From positions 32,001 to 96,000 of IMG/VR virus record IMGVR_UViG_3300035698_008372: a stretch of 64,000 bases of DNA; one strand, written 5' to 3'. The stretch is from a virus. The number at the start of each line of letters is the position of its first letter. The stretch's first letter is position 1. The position numbers and the translations under genes are program-made. The notes below the pieces were generated by a model. It did no database searches. It was not told the origin of the DNA and saw only the letters and a program-made list of their open reading frames with translations. Of the stretch, positions 18,484-31,304 are shown in pieces.

Positions 18484-21018
18484 ATGGCTAAACAAAAACC
18501 AATCCAAGTCACATCCAAGGAACGCACGGACCTTTTAAAGAAAGAGATTGCCATAAATGACAGGTTGATTGATCAAGCCGAAGAAAAAGTAAAACAAGGT
18601 GTAATTCTCAAAGATACTGAAGAGAAAACATTATTACAGTTAAAAAATCAGAATAAGGAAAAAAAGAAACAACTACGAGCTTCCAAATCCCAGGTTGATA
18701 TTGCTAGTGACCTTTCAAAACGGATGCGGAATCTATCGGAATCTGGACAAGAGGTTGCACGAAATTCGTTAAATTGGTCGGCTACTTTAAAAACCATAAA
18801 ATTGACAACCGACAAAACTTCCGATTCGGCCGAACTGTTAAACGATTTGTCCAAACAACATGCCCAGCTGGGGCTAACCGTACTTGAAAATCAAGAAAAC
18901 CTAAATTCCAAAGAGCACGAATCGGTGGATTTATCATCGCATTTAAACGATTTGTATGCTGCTAGAAAACAAGTAAAGAATGATATCAGTCTGGATGATG
19001 AAAAAGCTAGAAAACAATATATAAATATAATCGACGCTGAAATCAAAACGGCCGTAGTCCTTGAAAAGCAGGCTAAAATGAAAGATTTGATTATTGATAA
19101 AACTGACGAATTAAATGGTAAAATCAGTGATATGCAAAAAAAATGGGATGATGTCAAAGCCAAAGTAGTGTCTATAGTTAAAAACCCAATCACGGCACTC
19201 AAGGTGGGAATTCTGGCTATTGGTGTTGGATTGGTGGCCATGGGTAAGAAAATGTTTGAATTTGGAAATGAGACTGGATTTTCTTATACACAATTATCCG
19301 AATTCGGACCAGCAGTGATGTTCGCTAAAGATGAAATGAATGCCCTGTTAACTGAAACTGGATCATTGAATGGTGTAACCTATGACACATTAATTGATAT
19401 GAAATTGTTGTCACTTCAATATGGAGTCTCCGCAGAATCTGCAGCAAAATTATCCACTCAAATAATGGCCGTATCTGGTTTAACCAGAGAGGCGGCGTTG
19501 GATAGTCTTAAAATGGTGGGTAGTCTGGCACGAGCCGAAGGTGTTGCTCCAGCGGCAGTGATGGAAGACATAGCCGAAAATTCGGAATTTTTTGCTAGTT
19601 TTGCAAAGGCTGGTGGTGATAACTTGACAATGGCCGCTATCGAAGCTAGAAAATTGGGTATTAATTTGGGGACAGTGTCAAAAATATCCGATGGGTTATT
19701 GGACTTCGAAAGCTCGATAGAAAAATCAATGGAAGCTTCAGTATTATTGGGTAGGAATATCAATTTGGATAGGGCCCGTGGCTTGGCAATTAACGGTAAT
19801 GTGGTTGAAATGCAGAGAGAAGTATTATCCCTAGTGGGGAGCCAATCACAATTTGAAAGCATGAATGTTATTCAACGCAGGGCACTCGCTGACGCGATAG
19901 GTGTTGGTGTGGATGAACTATCTAAAATGATAGTGAACCAAGAAAATCTTAATAAAAGAACTGATAAACAGATTGCGTCAGATGAAGCTCGTGCCGATAT
20001 GATTGAAAGTCTTAAAAAGGCTATAATGGCACTGAATGTGGCGATACAACCTTTTGTCACATCATTGGGTGAGAAAGTGATTCCATATTTGGAATGGATG
20101 GTTGAAAATTTGGGAACACTTGTTAAATGGACTGGGACATTTGTAGCTCTATGGGCCGCTAAAAAGTTAGCAACTGGTATATGGAATGCCGGTGCTGGAA
20201 TTTTAAGCATGATGAAAAATGTGAAAACATTGTCGGCCTTGGGACTGAGCAAGGGTATTACAGCGATTAAAAATATGGGTAGTGGTGGATTATCCAAAGA
20301 CAATGGTGGCCGATTGAGAGATGCTAAGGGCAGATTCGCAAAAGCACCAAAACCAAAAGGCAAGGGTGGACTTGGATTTGTAGAAAAAATGAACCCCAAG
20401 AAAATGTTGGCTGGAGCTGCAGCGATGTTAATAATATCCGCGGCATTATTTGTAACTGCTAAAGCATTGATAGAATTTAATAAAGTGGATTGGCCCAGCT
20501 TGGGTAAAGCCGCGTTAGCATTGGGTGGATTGGTACTGGCCGTTTTGGCATTGGGGGCTATAATGACTAGTGGAGTTGGAACTGTAGCTATATTGGCCGG
20601 AGCTGCCGCGATGGCAATAATGGCCGGAGGATTATTGGTATTGGGATTGGCCATCCAATCAATAGCAACTGGGTTCGCAATGTTGGAACCTACATTGGCA
20701 AAATTGGCACCAATGACCGCATCAATTTTAAGTCTGGGAGGAGCTCTTGGAGAATTAGGCTGGGGTATGACAAAACTGGCAGGCGGTGCATTATTACTTA
20801 CTCCATTCCTACCAGTGTTGGGCAAATTGACTGGACTCACCACAGGTGGAAATGTGAATGTGTCTGGAGACGGAAATATGGTATCACAATCGACTGACAT
20901 GAAAGAAACAAATGGATTATTAACTAAACTGGTGGATGTTAATTCTAGGTTACTACAACAGAATGAATTATTAATGGGTAAGCTTACAAATAAGGTTGCC
21001 GACTTGGGAGTAGCATAA
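18484..21018 (+). CDS. Tape measure protein
   Basis: Long helical Ala/Gly-rich protein with TM segments after chaperone; LLDFESSI motif. Confidence 0.85.
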   Translation: MAKQKPIQVTSKERTDLLKKEIAINDRLIDQAEEKVKQGVILKDTEEKTLLQLKNQNKEKKKQLRASKSQVDIASDLSKRMRNLSESGQEVARNSLNWSATLKTIKLTTDKTSDSAELLNDLSKQHAQLGLTVLENQENLNSKEHESVDLSSHLNDLYAARKQVKNDISLDDEKARKQYINIIDAEIKTAVVLEKQAKMKDLIIDKTDELNGKISDMQKKWDDVKAKVVSIVKNPITALKVGILAIGVGLVAMGKKMFEFGNETGFSYTQLSEFGPAVMFAKDEMNALLTETGSLNGVTYDTLIDMKLLSLQYGVSAESAAKLSTQIMAVSGLTREAALDSLKMVGSLARAEGVAPAAVMEDIAENSEFFASFAKAGGDNLTMAAIEARKLGINLGTVSKISDGLLDFESSIEKSMEASVLLGRNINLDRARGLAINGNVVEMQREVLSLVGSQSQFESMNVIQRRALADAIGVGVDELSKMIVNQENLNKRTDKQIASDEARADMIESLKKAIMALNVAIQPFVTSLGEKVIPYLEWMVENLGTLVKWTGTFVALWAAKKLATGIWNAGAGILSMMKNVKTLSALGLSKGITAIKNMGSGGLSKDNGGRLRDAKGRFAKAPKPKGKGGLGFVEKMNPKKMLAGAAAMLIISAALFVTAKALIEFNKVDWPSLGKAALALGGLVLAVLALGAIMTSGVGTVAILAGAAAMAIMAGGLLVLGLAIQSIATGFAMLEPTLAKLAPMTASILSLGGALGELGWGMTKLAGGALLLTPFLPVLGKLTGLTTGGNVNVSGDGNMVSQSTDMKETNGLLTKLVDVNSRLLQQNELLMGKLTNKVADLGVA

Positions 21019-23891
21019 TGGGTATATTAGATTTAACAAGTGACCTATCAAAAAATGCGGGGATTAATTTGAGTGTCCACGGTGAAAGGCATGGGGGGAC
21101 TGAACCCGGTGGTTTGCCAGTACACCCCGATGGACATTCTATATTGGATAACTCGGCCGGCGACAATTTAAGTGAGCACGGTGGCCGTCATGGTGGCACT
21201 TCAAATGAAACACCATCACGACCATCGCATTCCCCTAATCATTCTTCATTGGACAATGGGGTTGGCAATTCAAGTAATGCACAAACATTTGATGATGGGC
21301 ATGGATATACTGTTACTGGAAATAAATATTGGACAAGACCAAATGCCAGTGCATTGGCACAGATGTTAGAATCGGTGGGTGGTACATATACTCCTACTGG
21401 AGAAGGTGTACAAACTGGACCAGTAAATTATTTTAGTGGTATAAGTGGTGAGTGGGGTGCCGGAACGTCACCTCTTGGATTCACATTTGGATTCACTGAT
21501 AAGAATTCGTCTGAGTTGACACGCGGTACTGAACAGGTAATAACATTGCCAACATCCTATCCCAAAACAAGATCAGTATTCAATCACTACACTATTCCAG
21601 CCTTTGAGAGCTCTATTTATTACGACGCTGATACAGATATGGCCGCTCCATCACACAATCCAGGTACTATCATCACACGGCAAATGGGTAGAACTACTCC
21701 ACCTCCAGGATTATCGGCAACACACGCGGCTATTAACACATCATTTCCAGAGGGCCAACCTACATTTCATATTTCAAAACAACATGGCTTTACTGGGGAA
21801 TATGGGGTGCAAGATAGAGAATCTGGAACATACATATTAAATACTCCAGAAACTGTTCCGTCCGCCCCATTATTATTTGCAGGACTTTTTGGATTAAATA
21901 AGGGGAGTAGGTTTTCAGACTTGGCAGACCCCGCACAATTGAAATACCCATCTGCTGATATATTTGGAACATCGTATTCAGAAATGACTTCATTGGGCTC
22001 CAATATAACAATTCCTGAGACATCATTGGATAAATTTCAACAATATACTGGAGAGGACACGTTTACTAATTATTTTGCAAGAAGATCACGATATGACAAA
22101 ACTACATTTGACACCCTATCCATAGGGAATTATTCATCAGAATTTCAACTTGGTAAGGCCAAAGAAAATTCGCCAGAGTTTGATAACGAGGGGTTCAAAA
22201 AATCGCTGGCGTATGCTGGAAAAAATAGAGAAGGGGATGGCCAACTTGGATGGGAAACTTCAATCTCCACAATTACAAAGGGACCCAAATCCAATCTGGC
22301 CAAATTGCACAAAGATGGTACGGATAATGTGGATAGTCTTGAAGATTATTATGGTCGGGGATTCAAAAAGGATAACAACCTTGCATATAGAAATGACAAT
22401 GTGATTGGATTCGATCAACCCTATTTCCTTAAAGAAATTGGGGATAGATGGGGAATAGATGCCATGGGCGATACCGATATCGGTGTTGTTAGGGGTGGTT
22501 TGAACACCGCTATAGCAAGAACTATTGCCGATGAAATAAGAATTGCAAAATTTATTCTTACTCCAAAGGGAATTGTGTTTGCATTAAAACAGGCTGTATT
22601 TCAGAGATTTAATACGAGAGCCGAAACTAGATTGTGGAATCCGATTTCACTATTTACTTCAGTGATTCCGGCTATACATGGCCAACGGCATGTGGATCAA
22701 ACTAGACCACAATTTGCACCAACCGCTCCAGCGGATATTTTAAAAGACCCCGCAAAATGATTTAAACAAAAAGCGGAAGGTGTGTTGAATACAGGACCCG
22801 CCCAAGATTCTGGTATTGATACGGCTAAAACGTCATTGGAACATTATTTTGCAAAAGAGAGGGCTATATTGGATTATGAAGTTAATCCTTTGGCGGCCGA
22901 AATTGATAAATTTCTAGGTATTCCAAGTGAAATGAGCCGTGAAATTGATAGGGTTCGCCAAATATCCACTGGTGAAAAGAGCAAGACTCAGTTCGGCCCT
23001 TTTGCTGGAAATTGGAAAGGGGACCCACTCAATCAAGTTGTTGCAGATGTTGGTGACCCTGGAGCACATGGGGAACTTAAAGAAATTGAAAATCTGGGGT
23101 ATATCAAATCAAATCTGGGTGATAACAATATAGTAACTTCAAACTTGGACAGGGTCAACGCATTGCCTTATGGACTTGTTGGTGGTTTGGAACCCGGATC
23201 AGAGGGCACCAATGGATTGGGGAAAGTTACGGATTTCATTCCATTTAAATTCAAAGATGCTGTTAATAATAAATGAATTATTTTCAGAGCTATATTGTCA
23301 GGGATATCCGATAGTGTATCTCCAGAATGGTCAGAAGAGCGGTATATTGGCCGACCAGATAAGGTTTATACATATACTGGAGTGGATAGGGAAATTAGCT
23401 TCAATTTTAATATATATCCAAAGACAAAACAGGAACTGCCTATCTTGTGGGAAAAAATGAATTATTTAGTTGGGATGTGTTATCCTAGCTGGAAAACATT
23501 CACTAATACTAATTCACAACGTATGATATCACCATTTGCCGAATTAACAATAGGCAATTTATGGAAGAATGCTCCTGGATTTCTAACTAGTTTGTCTATT
23601 ACAGTGGAAGATAATACCACATGGGAAATGGATGAGCATTTTCAATTGCCCAAGCATTTGAGTGTTAGTGTTGGGTATAAATACATTGGGAAATATAATC
23701 CCGATCAACTTGGCAAACATTATGAATTGGATTGGTTGGATTTACAACACCAAAAAGATAATATCAATGGAGACCCAGATAAAGGAATTGCTCCAAAAGC
23801 AGCATTCGGTGGTTATCCTGATAGAAATACGGATGCATTGGATTTGAGGGGTTTATTTGATGCTCTAGGTCAAGCTGGTAATGGCGATTAA
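21018..23891 (+). CDS. Large baseplate/tube-initiator protein (957 aa); in-frame TGA at 22758 and 23274
   Basis: Three in-frame ORFs; K[W]IIFRA..ISDS..PEW..YIGRPDKVYTY motif. Confidence 0.8.
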
Positions 23892-23907
23892 TTGGGAGAA
23901 TTAAAAA

Positions 23908-24207
23908 ATGGGTAGATATTCATATACAGGTATAAAAAATAGTAGTACTGGGGCCCGAGCGTTCAAGACTACATTATACCCAAAAATAGATATATTAGAT
24001 AGTGACATTTTTACAATTTCAAAAAAGGGTGATCGTCTTGATATGTTGGCATATAAATATTATGGTGACACATCGTTATGGTGGATTATAGCACTTGCAA
24101 ATGATATTGATGACGCAACATTTGTTTTGAAATCGTCCATTGAATTGAGAATACCCACAGATACCAGTAAAATAATATCCGATATGGAAAGTCTAAATAA
24201 AGAGTAA
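23908..24207 (+). CDS. LysM-like baseplate wedge protein (gp53-like)
   Basis: GDRLDMLAYKYYGDTSLWWIIALAN..LRIP. Confidence 0.85.
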   Translation: MGRYSYTGIKNSSTGARAFKTTLYPKIDILDSDIFTISKKGDRLDMLAYKYYGDTSLWWIIALANDIDDATFVLKSSIELRIPTDTSKIISDMESLNKE

Positions 24208-24212
24208 TAATA

Positions 24213-26759
24213 ATGATTAATTTACAACCAATACACGAGAAAATTCGTCGGGAATTGCATAAGAGGGAAAAACTCTTAAACAGGGATGGCATCCTATTTG
24301 AAGGTCCCCAAACCGATGGTACTGGTAAAAAGAAAGCTGACGCCAACAACATTTTTGCCAAATCTACTTGGATCAGAATGATGTCTCCCGGTTTAAAATA
24401 TGACAAAGAATTGTCTCCAGAGGAAAATAAAAAGCTGGGTAACACCAAGGATGTTGTTTCTATAGGCGGTGGATTATTAAAAGAAGATGGCTCCATGTAT
24501 TTTGGATATGATGATATGTATAATTCTCCTAGAAATACTGGAGAAAATTCCTATAGACCTGTTCCAGGAATAAAAAATATTAGTGTTGAATATAAGGATG
24601 CGATGGTGGCATTAAGGCGTGCCACCATAACTTGAAAAGTATGGTCTTTTGAGGACTTGGAAAAGCTTCAATCATTTTTTATGAAATCCGGCAAATCGGT
24701 TATTTTGGAATGGGGGTATTCTTATGAGAAAAATGATATCAATTTGATGGATATTAAAGACTTGAATTATAAAACTATATATAAGCGATTTATTGAAAAG
24801 GCGTTCAATTCTGGAGGAACTTATGATGGAATGATGGGCGTTATTACAACTTGGGAATGGTCTGTTGCCGATGACGGGTCTATAGATTGCACCACTAATA
24901 TATCCAGTATGGGTCTGGATATATTAAAACAGCAAACTACTCCAGTCGACGATATTAACATATCCCAAACCACAAAATCTTCAGCGTCAAGTACCGAAGA
25001 TCAGAAACAAACAGTCCCCACAATGACATTTAATAAATTTTTGGAAGATATTCATGATAAATTAACTTTTCAAATAGCCGACGCATCCCAATCAGGCAAT
25101 CCAATATCAAATGTGGCTTTTCTGGATGGCAAATTGTATATGTCATGGGGATGAATTGAAGATAATATATTAAGTAGGTATTTGGGCAAAGTTAATGGTA
25201 AGGGTGAAATTTTAAATTCTATAAGAAGTATTGAACCAGTTTTGGATGATGCCGGCAATCATCTTGGGTTGAATCAAATTAAAGATTTGGAATCAAAATA
25301 TAGCGGATTGGAATTAGCCAAAGTGCAAAAAATAAAAAGTGGATTAAATAACGAAAACGGACCACCCGCATATATTTCAAGTGAAATGTCAAATCACACA
25401 TCATTGTTATCTCCAAATTATAGCTTTTTTATATTACCTGGGCAATTTAAAAAAACTGATAGGGATTTATTTGATTCAAATGCACGACCTGTTCATCCAA
25501 TATTGGTAGCATTTGATAAGGAAAAATCGAAATTTTCCAAATTCGAATCCCGCAAAGGTGTGGGATCACAGAGTAGTAATGTTACATACGGGTACATGAG
25601 AAATATAGTATTTAATTGGAACTATTTGGTGGAAAATGTATGGAAGGATTCCGATAATATAAAAACTGCTATGGATAGGTTGTTTCAACACATGAATGAA
25701 AATGTGGGAATCTGAGATTTAAAAATCATAGCTTCTCCAGATAACCCATCCCAGTTGAAAATAGTTGATATGAATACTGTGAAATATAATATTTCGGATT
25801 TGCTTAAAAAGGATAATAGTAGTAAATTATCGTCGGATTGGAATGATGCCCTTGGCCTGTTATTTAAATTCAATACATTGTCCAAAGATAGTATAGTATC
25901 TGGTCACAGTTTAACGTGTAAAATTCCAGACGCAATGGCCATGGCGACGATGTACTCAAATTCCACAACTACTATATCTCCGGCCACCGCAGGCGGATCA
26001 AAGGCTATCGCGATAGGGTCGTCTGATAATGATGTAAAAGATGGAATAATGGATAATATTTCACCGGGATATATATGGGATAAATTCGGGAATTCTACGG
26101 GAATGACCAATGACGATATCAATTTAACCGGTGGGTTTACAATAGATGTAACGCCCCAATCTGATTCATCTCAAGGAATTACAACGAATACTCCGGCAGA
26201 AATAAAATCCGCTACCATATCTTCAATGAAATTTAATGCCGATCAATATTTGGCATTTAAAGATGGGGATATTGGAACCGATGGGACAATATATAATACA
26301 TACGGGGATTCGATTGGAAAAATGAGGAATCCAAAAACTTTATTTTATCTGGATATTATGAAATATCTAATAGGTCATGACCCCAAATATTCCACAATGT
26401 ACAATCAGGCTCCCCTAATTCCGATTGAAATTTCATTGACAATGGATGGTATTTCTGGGATATTTCCCGGTAATTGTTTTCAAAATGATTACATGCCCAA
26501 ACAGTACAATGAAATTTCAGTATTCCAAGTATTTACATCAACTCAAGAATTGGATAGTTCTGGGTGAAAAACCACCATAGGCGGGAAGCTTAGAGTGGAC
26601 ATGTCAAAACTCGCCCCAGATTATGTGGAAGCTTCTATAAAAGAAATGGAACAAAAAATACAAGATGATCTGGCACTGGCCGAAAAACAAGAAAAGGTCC
26701 GACTGGCCGAAGCTGAACGAGAGTTCATTGAAGGTCAAAATAATGCAGGTAATTTATAA
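24213..26759 (+). CDS. Baseplate hub-like protein (848 aa); in-frame TGA at 24633, 25152, 25713, 26565
   Basis: Four in-frame ORFs; RPVPGI, LEWG, YDGMMG, LTMDGISGI, SG[W]KTTI. Confidence 0.8.
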
Positions 26760-27343
26760 TGAAAACTATTAATGAAATAAAAGAAAAATTGAATATGAAA
26801 TTGACAGGGTTCACCACATCAACCAATGAATTTACTTATGAAAATGGTACATGGGTCAGACCCGATATTTCATATTCCATATACTACACTAAGGATAAGG
26901 AAGAGCACTACATTTCAGAAACGGTTATTCCTGAGAAAATGATTAGGGTTAAGGGGAGCTCCGCATTTGCACAATATAGTGAGTCCAAAAATGGAAATAT
27001 GGAATCCACTAAATTCGTAAATTCGTATATGCCAAAAGTTAAAAAACCCGATATTAAGAGGGGGTACATGATTAGATACTTTGTGCAACCAAAAAACCAA
27101 CCTCACGTGGATTTAACCGAAATCAATAAATCTGGGTTCAATGGTGATTTAACCTACTATAAGAAACGCAAAATAAATTGGAAAATTGTTGGTGCAAAGA
27201 ACACTGTAATAGGGGAAAATAAACGAGCTCTAAAATACCTGAATAAACAATATCCAGATACATTTATCAGTATGGGCCCACTAGAATTTTGACAGGGGAC
27301 TTCAAGTAAAAAGGAAGAAATCGAAAAAAAACTGGGGCTTTAG
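26759..27343 (+). CDS. Baseplate-region hypothetical protein; TGA at 27290 probably read through
   Basis: GYMIRYFVQ motif; PLEF[W]QG..TAG 27341. Confidence 0.65.
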
Positions 27344-27378
27344 GAAATACGCTGATACTTATAATAAAGGTTGCGTAA

Positions 27379-28668
27379 ATGGTTATAGAAACAATATCAC
27401 AATTAGAATATTTTATGGCACAATGGGGTTCCCATGAGTGGATCGTCGTGCCTATATTATCCGATACAAAACAACACCCTTTGCAGAATCAACTATGTAC
27501 TTTGTATATTAAAATAGTTGGTGACAACGAGGACGCTATCCTGGCGTTCGATCATACGGAATCATTGAACCTCCCCTATGAGGCTTTGGCCACATTGGAA
27601 ACTGGTCAGCGTAAATATGTATATGATAAAAAGGAATTGAACCACATCTATAAATTCGAGAATGTGGTGGATGTCAATGTGGCATATTATTTGACTACTA
27701 ACAAACCTTTGCTTGTGGATAAAATTACCACTCCAGCACATCAGTTTTTTCACGTAAGGCATTACAGAAAATCCAATCTCAATTCAATAATCCCAATCCT
27801 GAAGCACTTGGAATATTGCCGGAAATTGGCGGCCGAGCTGGAGCTGTGGACATTCATCCCAATCAATGAATTGTATAATGATGAATACATAGAAAATATG
27901 GGGTACATAGAAACCGCGGGGCTCAGGACTACGGATAGCATGGCATACTCAAATTACAATATGTTTACCAGTACAGGTCGACCATCCAATGCTTGGGGTG
28001 GTACTAATTATGCGGCACTAAATAAGTCTGATGAGACTAGAAAAAAATATGTTAGTAGGCATGGTAAAAATGGATATTTGATTGAATTCGACTTCAGCGG
28101 GAATCACTTGTATATTATTGCCGATTTGATAGGGTTTAAATTTCCAGAATCACCCCACGCGTATTTGGGTAAAATATACTATGGCGCCACCGACCTAACC
28201 CCAGAGCAATATAAAGAGGGCAAGGGTATCACATTTCAATTATTGTATGGTGGAATTGACAAAGAGTTCGAAAAAATCGACTTTTTTAAACAAGTTAATA
28301 TGTATATATGGAAGCTGTGGGCAGAGTACAAGATGGGCAATGTAGTGTCACCTGTGAGCGGAAAAACGATATATAAGAATAATCTAAAAAACATGAATCC
28401 GCAAAAGTTATTCAATTATATGTTACAATTGTTGGAGTTCGAAGATGTTCACAAATACTTGAATCAAATTAAAATTTTGTTGGATAGATCGAAAACTAGG
28501 ATTATACTTTACACTTATGATTCACTACTTTTCGATTTTAATGCGACTGACGGTAAGGAATTACTGATTGACATTAAAAATGTGCTGGAAAGCTACGGGA
28601 AATTGGTTACGACAGATATGGGTGTAAATTATTTTGAAATGAAAAACATAGATAATTATTTTGTGTAA
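27379..28668 (+). CDS. Compact family A DNA polymerase-like protein
   Basis: TGRPSN, motif A EFDFSGNH, motif B KGITFQLLYG, motif C YTYDSLLFD. Confidence 0.8.
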   Translation: MVIETISQLEYFMAQWGSHEWIVVPILSDTKQHPLQNQLCTLYIKIVGDNEDAILAFDHTESLNLPYEALATLETGQRKYVYDKKELNHIYKFENVVDVNVAYYLTTNKPLLVDKITTPAHQFFHVRHYRKSNLNSIIPILKHLEYCRKLAAELELWTFIPINELYNDEYIENMGYIETAGLRTTDSMAYSNYNMFTSTGRPSNAWGGTNYAALNKSDETRKKYVSRHGKNGYLIEFDFSGNHLYIIADLIGFKFPESPHAYLGKIYYGATDLTPEQYKEGKGITFQLLYGGIDKEFEKIDFFKQVNMYIWKLWAEYKMGNVVSPVSGKTIYKNNLKNMNPQKLFNYMLQLLEFEDVHKYLNQIKILLDRSKTRIILYTYDSLLFDFNATDGKELLIDIKNVLESYGKLVTTDMGVNYFEMKNIDNYFV

Positions 28669-28701
28669 TATTTATAGACGAACAAAAATGGAGAAAATAT
28701 A

Positions 28702-30822
28702 ATGAGTTTTGACTACAATCCAGAAGAATATTTAGATGCTTTGGTAAATGAATGGGCATACAGAGTAAATAATGGGACACCGAATCCACATGATTTCGGC
28801 CACCAGATGGCACTGCGGGACATTTTAACAGAGTGGGATTGGAATATGCCTACAATTAATGAATTTATTACCAACCTTAAAAATACGACACCCGCCAATG
28901 AAGCGATTGGTAAAGTGTATATTCAAGATAAAGAAGCACCAGCGGGTGCTCAAGTTAAGACTGGTCCTAAAGGTGGTAAATATTACAGGGGGAACACCGA
29001 AACTGGGGAACCTGATAATTCCGATGAAGAGGGAGAATCCGAAGACAATTCCGAATCAAAACCAGAAGAATCGGATAGCTTGATAACTGGTGACCCATCC
29101 GAGGGGGATAATCAAGTTAAATTGGATGCATTCGAATATGGGTATGGTGATTTTGAAAAGGAAACTGGTTCCAAACCAGCTCCTGGTGGAGCGGGATCAA
29201 TGTTCAATGAAATTGTATCTGGTGAGGGCGTACACATGTTATCCAAAAATTCGTCTATGAAAACTGATGAACTGGCCATGGAAATGTATAAGAAATATCA
29301 TGGGACAAAATTGTCTAAAGAACAGAAAAAGACTCCGATGCCCGCTAGCCAGATACCACAACCATTGAGGGATAAAAAAGATCAGGCGTCCAAAGCTGTC
29401 AGGGAAGCTAAGAAAAGTGGAGATAAAAAGGTGATGAAAGCTGCTATAGAAGAATTCGCCGCCGCTGAACAGAATATTGGGTACTATACAAAATGTTTGG
29501 TATCGGCTCGATCTGCCAAGAAAAAATACACAAATACCATATCTAGAGTAGCCAATTTACAAAAAGAGGGGGCGTTTGGAAAATCCAAACGAGTTGACAC
29601 ATTTTATGGAGCAAACCAATCATTGGCTGCACAGGTGGCGAGTGTGGAAAATGCCAGAAGTGTATTGTTGCCAAGTGGGCAGAAAGTTTCAAAAGACGAT
29701 GCCATTGTCTTTGTCAAAGCTGGTGGTGGTGGTGCAAATCCATCTGATACGGCCACCTTTGTTTCGGATGAAAAAGGAAATTTATTAATACAATTCCATT
29801 CGGATAAAACATCGACTGGTGATATTCAAGATAATTCAACATTAGCAAAAGAAGGTGATAATTACAAAGATGCCATTGATGCACAGGGTGGATTATCCAG
29901 AGAAGAAAAGGATAATTCCAAAAAAATCGTGGATGAATACTCCACCAAAATGGATGAGGTTGAAAAGAATTACAATAATCAGGCCGTTCCAATTGCACAA
30001 AGATTGGAAGAATTGCCATTTAAAGATCAAATGTCCATTATCAACAACGATAAGGGGTCATTGGGTAAAAATATAGAAGCGGCATTGTTTGGAAAAACTG
30101 GATTGAAACCCCAATATAAAAAACTTGTACCAGCTGGAGTTGATCCTAAAAAATTATCAATGGAACTGAAATACAAAATGATTAGAAAATTGGTAGCCAG
30201 CGGTGCTGGAAAGCCTAGTGATGTTAAAGCCATTAATAAAGTTGGTCTTGGATTACAAAAAAAGAACCCTGATATCGAGGGGATTGATGTTAAAAAGAAC
30301 CTATCGGTCCAGCGTAAATTGGCTGTTAAATTGCAGAGAGATAGGATCAACGCGTTAAATGAAACAGTTGCCGAAGTCGACGGGGTAGATGTACCATTGG
30401 GCAGATTAATGGAAGCTGAAGAAACGATTAGGGGATTCCACTTGAAATTATTGGATTACCCGCCTAAGAAATATGAAGAGGGTAACCCTGGAAGTATGGT
30501 AGGGGATAGCTTGGATATCAATATGGGTGGAACAGTGGTTAATGGTGATGTATTGAGGCAAGCATTGGGAGTACAAAATACTACAGAATTCAAGAAACAA
30601 TTCAGACTTGAAGAGACTGATGAATTGACTAAAGATGCCAATAATAATATCACTGGGAAAGTCGTATTTGTATATGCTGTCAAAGCTGGTGGTGAAAAAA
30701 TACAAATAGGGTACAAAACCTATAGATCAAAATCTGGTGCCACAGGCAAAACATCCAATACTATGCAGTATAGTAAGGAAATGCAAAAACGATTTAAAGA
30801 AATATCGGATAAGGAAAAATAA
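28702..30822 (+). CDS. Large hypothetical protein, possibly internal virion/ejection protein
   Basis: EWAYRV..G.P N-terminus, GPKGGKYY motif, Lys/Gly-rich. Confidence 0.6.
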   Translation: MSFDYNPEEYLDALVNEWAYRVNNGTPNPHDFGHQMALRDILTEWDWNMPTINEFITNLKNTTPANEAIGKVYIQDKEAPAGAQVKTGPKGGKYYRGNTETGEPDNSDEEGESEDNSESKPEESDSLITGDPSEGDNQVKLDAFEYGYGDFEKETGSKPAPGGAGSMFNEIVSGEGVHMLSKNSSMKTDELAMEMYKKYHGTKLSKEQKKTPMPASQIPQPLRDKKDQASKAVREAKKSGDKKVMKAAIEEFAAAEQNIGYYTKCLVSARSAKKKYTNTISRVANLQKEGAFGKSKRVDTFYGANQSLAAQVASVENARSVLLPSGQKVSKDDAIVFVKAGGGGANPSDTATFVSDEKGNLLIQFHSDKTSTGDIQDNSTLAKEGDNYKDAIDAQGGLSREEKDNSKKIVDEYSTKMDEVEKNYNNQAVPIAQRLEELPFKDQMSIINNDKGSLGKNIEAALFGKTGLKPQYKKLVPAGVDPKKLSMELKYKMIRKLVASGAGKPSDVKAINKVGLGLQKKNPDIEGIDVKKNLSVQRKLAVKLQRDRINALNETVAEVDGVDVPLGRLMEAEETIRGFHLKLLDYPPKKYEEGNPGSMVGDSLDINMGGTVVNGDVLRQALGVQNTTEFKKQFRLEETDELTKDANNNITGKVVFVYAVKAGGEKIQIGYKTYRSKSGATGKTSNTMQYSKEMQKRFKEISDKEK

Positions 30823-30823
30823 T

Positions 30824-31240
30824 ATGAGAACGCAGCTGTTATGTACTTTCTCGAAAAGGAACCAACTACACGATACATTGGATTTGATAATTGATTATCA
30901 CGATATACTATTTAATAAGGTGTATGTATTTCAGAATGAAGATAATTTTCATCAGCTGATATGCACGTACAATATTGAACAGGAAACGGAAAATTACCTT
31001 ACAAATAAGGATACCATTTCATTGCATAGGAAAAAGCAATCAAATACACTATACACTATTAACGCTCTAAATGAAATAATCAGGCGTAAAAATAATGGGG
31101 TACTGGATAAGCAATTTCCTATTGATTGAGATGAATTCAGAAATAATCTGTTATTAACAAACTCATCGGGGTTTGTCAAAATACCCACTCGGATATACAC
31201 CATCATAAATGTAACCGAATGGGAATCTAAAGAAAATTAA
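30824..31240 (+). CDS. Conserved phage hypothetical protein; in-frame TGA at 31127
   Basis: TQLLCTF, HRKKQSNTLYTINALN, PID[W]DEFRNNLLLT. Confidence 0.8.
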
Positions 31241-31285
31241 AGAAAAAGCTTGACTTTGTCAGTATAATCTTGTATCTTGAGGCAA
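31240..31285 (+). promoter_or_regulatory. Early promoter copy
   Basis: TTGACT 31250, TATCTT 31273. Confidence 0.8.
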
Positions 31286-31304
31286 CAAAAAAAAGGAGTT
31301 ACAA

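Noticed and set aside
19872-20900. 342-aa minus-strand ORF and other long antisense ORFs (e.g. 44151-45107)
   Set aside because: Antisense shadows of real genes with no SD, promoter or recognisable motifs
3652-27343. Fragmented structural ORFs as pseudogenes of a decaying prophage
   Set aside because: All breaks are in-frame TGA only, with no TAA/TAG nonsense or random frameshifts
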